Source: Octopus bimaculoides (Eukaryota). From it: 42,955 nucleotides of DNA. A program made the position numbers and the translations under genes. Shown piece by piece: positions 38,562-42,955 of the stretch. Location of the stretch: assembly GCF_001194135.2 (NCBI RefSeq), contig NC_068993.1, positions 23,527,860 through 23,570,814 on the forward strand, in the 5' to 3' direction. The notes under the pieces are model-generated. The model was not told the origin of the DNA and searched no databases. It was given only the letters and a program-made list of their open reading frames with translations. The first letter of the stretch is position 1. Every line of letters starts with the position of its first letter.

Positions 38562-38622
38562 CTCACGGTGGTGCACCAGCATGACCGCAGCCACTTGGCT
38601 GAAACACATAAATAAATAAATA
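38562..38622 (+). mobile_element. SINE/LINE-type 3' tail fused to U6
   Basis: ggtggtgcaccagcatgaccgcagccacttggctgaaacac + (TAAA)n resembles the SINE family 1 tails at 31495-31540 (minus) and 39577-39637. Confidence 0.75.
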
Positions 38623-39459
38623 TATATATATATATATACATACAAATTTTAAACTATGCTGAATTCTTAGAAGTATATAATGTATGATTTTTTAAAATAC
38701 ATCTTCATAGATAATCACTTTGTTGAAGAAAAAAGGACAGTTGCTATTAGCAAAGAACTAACTGGAAATATGGAAGGTACGTCCTACCACACCTGCAGAT
38801 ATACATCACCACATAACGGCTAATAGGGTATGTCAGTATGCCTGTCATACGTTAAATATTTATCAGTATGACCAAAGACTTACTGCTAATGCATATTTCA
38901 AGCGCATCGAAGTTTTTTTTAAAATTTATTGTTCTTTTTATTATGTTATGAGTTCAATGAACAAACAAATTACGCAGAGAAATCATAATGTTAATTACCG
39001 TTTCTGTTCGGTGATACGGAAATACAACACTGCACCACAGACGACATCATTTGGCGCCACAAGAGATTTAACTGAACTACGATTCATGCAAACTTTCAAG
39101 ATCCAATATCAGATTTATCATTGGATTGACTCTCTACTACCTCTGTCAAATCAATCACCAAAATCGGCCTTTCATTGTTTATAATCTGTATCTGTTTCCT
39201 TTTTTTTTTTTTGTTATAAAATAACCTACGCAAAACGTGGTTTTGAATTACGTGTATTTACTTTATAAACGTATATGAGTTGAAAACTTACTTTTAACAT
39301 TTCACTTAACGTCTGTGTGCCATGCTGGCATGGGTTGGAGTGTTATTAATGTAGAAAGTTCGTAGTAGAAGTTGTGACCTCCGTAATTTAGACGGTGTTT
39401 TTAAATTTCATTTTAAATTTCATTTTAAATTTCATTTAACCCGGGCAATGCCGAGTATT

Positions 39460-39637
39460 GACAACTGATGTTGGTGTGTTTGCGTCCTCATAATTTAGTT
39501 GTTCCACAGAAGAGCTTGATAGAATAAACTCCAGGCTTACAGAGAATAAGTCCAGGGATCGATTTCTTAGTGTAAAGGGCTGTGCTTCAGCATGGCCACC
39601 GTCAAAAAACTGAAATACGTAAAAGAATAAAAGAATA
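39460..39637 (+). mobile_element. SINE family 1, 3' half
   Basis: ttgacaactgatgttggtgtgtttgcgtcc...gatagaataa...ggctgtgcttcagcatggccaccgtc...ctgaaatacg + (TAAAAGAA)n tail. Confidence 0.8.
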
Positions 39638-39833
39638 CTAGATGAAGGTTCCTTACCACTAAATCAAGAAGGTTATTAATTCTGCTTACGGTTGTGCAAT
39701 TGAAATATTTTGGTTGGAATATATAGTTATCGGTTTTACACTTCTTTCTATATTCTGCAACTATCACAATAAAGAACCATTTCTGATGGCACCAGCACAC
39801 AATTTACAGATGCTTACATTTTTTTAAATAAAA

Positions 39834-40079
39834 TAATGACTTTTTGCCAACATAACGCAGCAGCCCCAGGATGGGACGAATGTTATCTAGCCCCACCATG
39901 CATCGTTTCCAGTTGGCTATACGACACACAAAATTCTATGCCCTTATATTTTCGAACAAGGGAGATCAGCACCTCCACCCTGCACAACCTCGCATCCATG
40001 GACCGGTTTCTTGGGCCTAAATAACACTAACATATGTCCCATCCTGGAACTTCCACATTATGTTGGCAAAAAGTCATTA
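39834..40079. mobile_element. MITE-like element, 246 bp
   Basis: Perfect 22-bp terminal inverted repeat taatgactttttgccaacataa (39834-39855 / 40058-40079) that extends imperfectly to about 75 bp. Confidence 0.8.
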
Positions 40080-40247
40080 CATTATAGTGATGTTACTGTA
40101 CATCTCTCTTTCAGAGATATAGAAATAATAATATTTCTATTTTGCAGATCAGTAATGGTGTGTGACCTTTGAAATCTATATATTTTCGACTACAGGTTAG
40201 TAGCAACATTTAGCCAACACAGCTACTCAACGCTGATAAAGAGCAAT

Positions 40248-40418
40248 AACGTGGGTTCGTGGTTATGCCGGGGGGAGGTGCTGATCTCCCCTGTTCGAAA
40301 ATATAAAGACAGAATTGTTTGTGCCGTACAGCCAGCTGGAAACGATGTTTTCTGGGGCTAAATAACAGTAACATTCTTACCATCTTGGGGCTGCCACATT
40401 ATGTTGTCAACACGTCAT
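40248..40418. mobile_element. Second, partial copy of the same MITE with its core in the opposite orientation
   Basis: The reverse complement matches core 39905-40000 (tatattttcgaaca.gggagatcagcacctcc); ends in a TIR-like ttatgttgtcaacacgtcat. Confidence 0.75.
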
Positions 40419-40829
40419 GGTGCTGCTACTGTATATTTCTCTTTCAGAGATTTAGAAATAATAATATTTCTACATTTTTTGTTTTCTGTGAAGTCTTCAG
40501 AAGTCCAGCTAGTGTCTATAATTGTTTCAGTTCAGCGTTATATACTATGATGAAACCCTAACTACAACTTAAGAAATTAACCGGCTTTAAACCATTCTCA
40601 ATGAAGCGTCAACAATTTGCATACGCTTGTGTTTTCTGCAATTCTCAAAATGCTATTCCCCGTTCACATGGCGAAACATATTTTACATAAAAGGTGGAAA
40701 ATTAAAAAATGGAGAACTCTGCTCGTAGTTCAGTAAATCAAGGTTTAATGGCAAAAGGGCCAAATTGTCAGGAAAGAGGACTATTTGGACCTTGTGGGAA
40801 TTTAAGGTGCGTACATGAATAAAATCTTC

Positions 40830-41430
40830 ATAAATAATGAATACTGAAGAAATACCAATAGAGGATGTAATGATAGACGTTGTGAATCCAGAATGAATTT
40901 GCTTTTATATCAATTCTCCAGGAAGATGTGATACAACTCGTTTTATGAACAGTAATTATATATCAAATGTAGCGTGGGTAGATATTAATATTCGGTGGTA
41001 ATTTGTTACATAGCTTATTTAGACTTGAACACTTCATTGATATAAGGTCTTCAAACGTATCAAGTTTCTAAGAGATCAAGATATACTTCTCATTGACGAA
41101 TCCATTCATGATACCTCTTCTGCCATTCATGCCTTCGATAAAAAGTTTCATGATATTAATGGCATCTATATCATTTTTGTAGCAATCATAATTTCGGTAA
41201 GAAGGGATCACAGAAAAGGGTTGCATAATATTCAAAGAGTAACTCACTATTTTATTAATTACATTGCCTCACACGAGACGGTATCGCCTTATTTAAAGTT
41301 ATGCGATCCACTGAAATATCAGGGATTAGAATGTGATGATATTTAAGTACTTTCGTGTTTATGAATTGAAATTGTTTCTTTAGTAAATTCTGCTTTTGTG
41401 GCGTATCTGAAGAAGCGTGTGAATCGCGTG
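40830..41430 (+). mobile_element. Old Helitron PIF1-like helicase relic (N-terminal motifs)
   Basis: MNTEE...DVMIDVVNPE*ICFYINSPGRCDTTRFMN (cf. LN.EQ...FFIDGPGGTGKT, Walker A) is followed by KFLRDQDILLIDE...AIHAFDKKFHDING (cf. LIIWDE...A..A.D..L.DI, Walker B region). Confidence 0.5.
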
Positions 41431-42255
41431 TAATCCATTCCTATCAGGACTCCGATTATCTTTCGCTAAATTAGAATTTAGAACTATTATAAGAGAAATA
41501 TATACGTGATTTAGTGTAGATCAAATTTATAGTCATTATCAGTGAGATAATGAACACTATACAGCAGAATTTCTTCTTTACGCACTAGATCCATTTGGAT
41601 GGCTATAGCTTGAATGGGATCGACAGTTCTAGCTTTTAAATAATATATTAGGTAATGAGTATGTAAAGGAATTACACTAGAAATTATTTACCACCAACAA
41701 AATCGCATTGAAGTGGAATAAGTTGTACTTAGACGAGATGGCAAGCATTAATACATAGAATTATATCTAGTATGTAGCTAATCTAATGGACGTACTATTT
41801 TACAAATGCATTGTGTAATTTAATAATAACTAACAAAGCACATATTCAAAGATATGATAAAATAAGGATGAATTAACGACAAACAGTATTTATATTTGAA
41901 CAATTATATGTTATATTATCTAGGATTTGGAAATTAACTAACATTCTTTCTTGGTCAGTAATACGAATTCACAAGAGAAGATAAAGGTAGTAGATATTGT
42001 AATACACATTTTATATTAAGGATCATGCAATTAACAATATAAATCATGATATTCATAATTCACTAATTATCCTGATGACATAATAATGTAACAACAGCAA
42101 CGGTTGTTATTATTAGCTGCCTCATCTGTCCTATCACAAAAGCAGTTCATAAATTACTCCAAAGAAACTATGATGTGCTCTGAAAGTGAATACAAAACAA
42201 AGAGGTTTCAAAGTATTATTATTATTGTTGTTGTTGTTGTTATCATCATCATCAT

Positions 42256-42666
42256 ATACACTCAACAGATTGAACTGCTGGAAAAAGAAAGAATTCTAAC
42301 AGTGGGCTACAACAAGTAGTCTTCGATGCCAAGAATCCTCCTAAGTATCCTAGTTGACCCTAATAACACTGCTTTGGGAGCTGTACTAATCTAGGTTTTA
42401 TGCAAGCTAACTTGTTATATCTCTCGACTTTTCTTTCTACCTTATCGCAAACCTTGTTGTCAGTTGGACATGCCATATCTATGATCCAGCGTAGTTTGTT
42501 TTCTTTCTCAATTAAGACTATGTCCAGCTTCCTATTATCTATCTCAAGGTCGCACTGAATCATAAAATCCCATATGACCTTTGCATTTCTGTTTTCGACG
42601 ACGCCTTCAGGTTTGTGGCCGTACTAATTGTTTGCCGTCAAGTCCATACTTGTTGCAAAGTGTCCA
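42256..42666 (-). mobile_element. R4/Dong-clade LINE 3' end (restriction-like endonuclease domain), 5'-truncated
   Basis: AKVIWDF-MIQCDLEIDNRKLDIVLIEKENKLRWIIDMACPTDNKV...ERYNKLA...GSTRILRRILG shows the PD-(D/E)xK-type RLE signature (R-K-P/L-D-I-V...IID..CP). Confidence 0.87.
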
Positions 42667-42667
42667 A

Positions 42668-42746
<79 letters not shown>
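42667..42746. repeat. (TAA/TAT)n microsatellite
   Basis: Pure trinucleotide run. Confidence 0.97.
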
Positions 42747-42955
42747 TTATGTTTGACTGTTGTTGTGCATTTGTACAAGTTGGATCCAAGTCTCACCCAG
42801 AGACCTCAAGAGACAACAAGTTAGAAGTTCATGTAGGTGTTATGCCTAGGGTACCATATATTTGGATTTGTACAGTTTTGTTCTAGTGAATGTTTAAGAA
42901 CCCATAAGAAAATTATGTGCTTGCTTTAAAATTTGAGATCACATAGACAGTATTT

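Noticed and set aside
2561-38641. Long ORFs in the track (e.g. 2561-3208, 7735-8457, 29430-30065, 37423-38475, 37553-38641) and poly-HT/YI/CV/E/I/Y ORFs
   Set aside because: They are translations of N-gaps and microsatellites, not genes.
39409-39460. (ttttaaatttca)x3 followed by cccgggcaatgccgag, resembling a Helitron 3' hairpin
   Set aside because: No CTRR terminus follows; it runs straight into a SINE fragment.

Overview
AT-rich, microsatellite-dense eukaryotic genomic DNA with 11 N-gaps. The SINE families and repeat landscape suggest a cephalopod, probably Octopus (inference from recall, not a database match). I found no intact host gene or convincing host exon: the window looks intronic or intergenic and is made largely of decayed mobile elements. 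These include a CR1-type LINE RT fragment, three RTE relics, three R4/Dong-clade fragments (two next to TAA microsatellites), a mariner relic, a DD37D (maT) transposase relic, two Helitron PIF1-helicase relics, two tRNA-derived SINE families, and two TIR-bounded non-autonomous elements. Two observations stand out. (1) A Penelope-like element carries, after its GIY-YIG endonuclease ORF, a tRNA-Arg-like Pol III module, a (TAA)n linker and a minimal hammerhead ribozyme; four copies contain the ribozyme region, two of them also the tRNA-like module, and one pair is head-to-head. (2) A U6 snRNA copy is joined at its 3' oligo-T directly to the ~55-nt 3' tail shared by the local SINEs. Long ORFs in the supplied track are artefacts of N-gaps and simple repeats.
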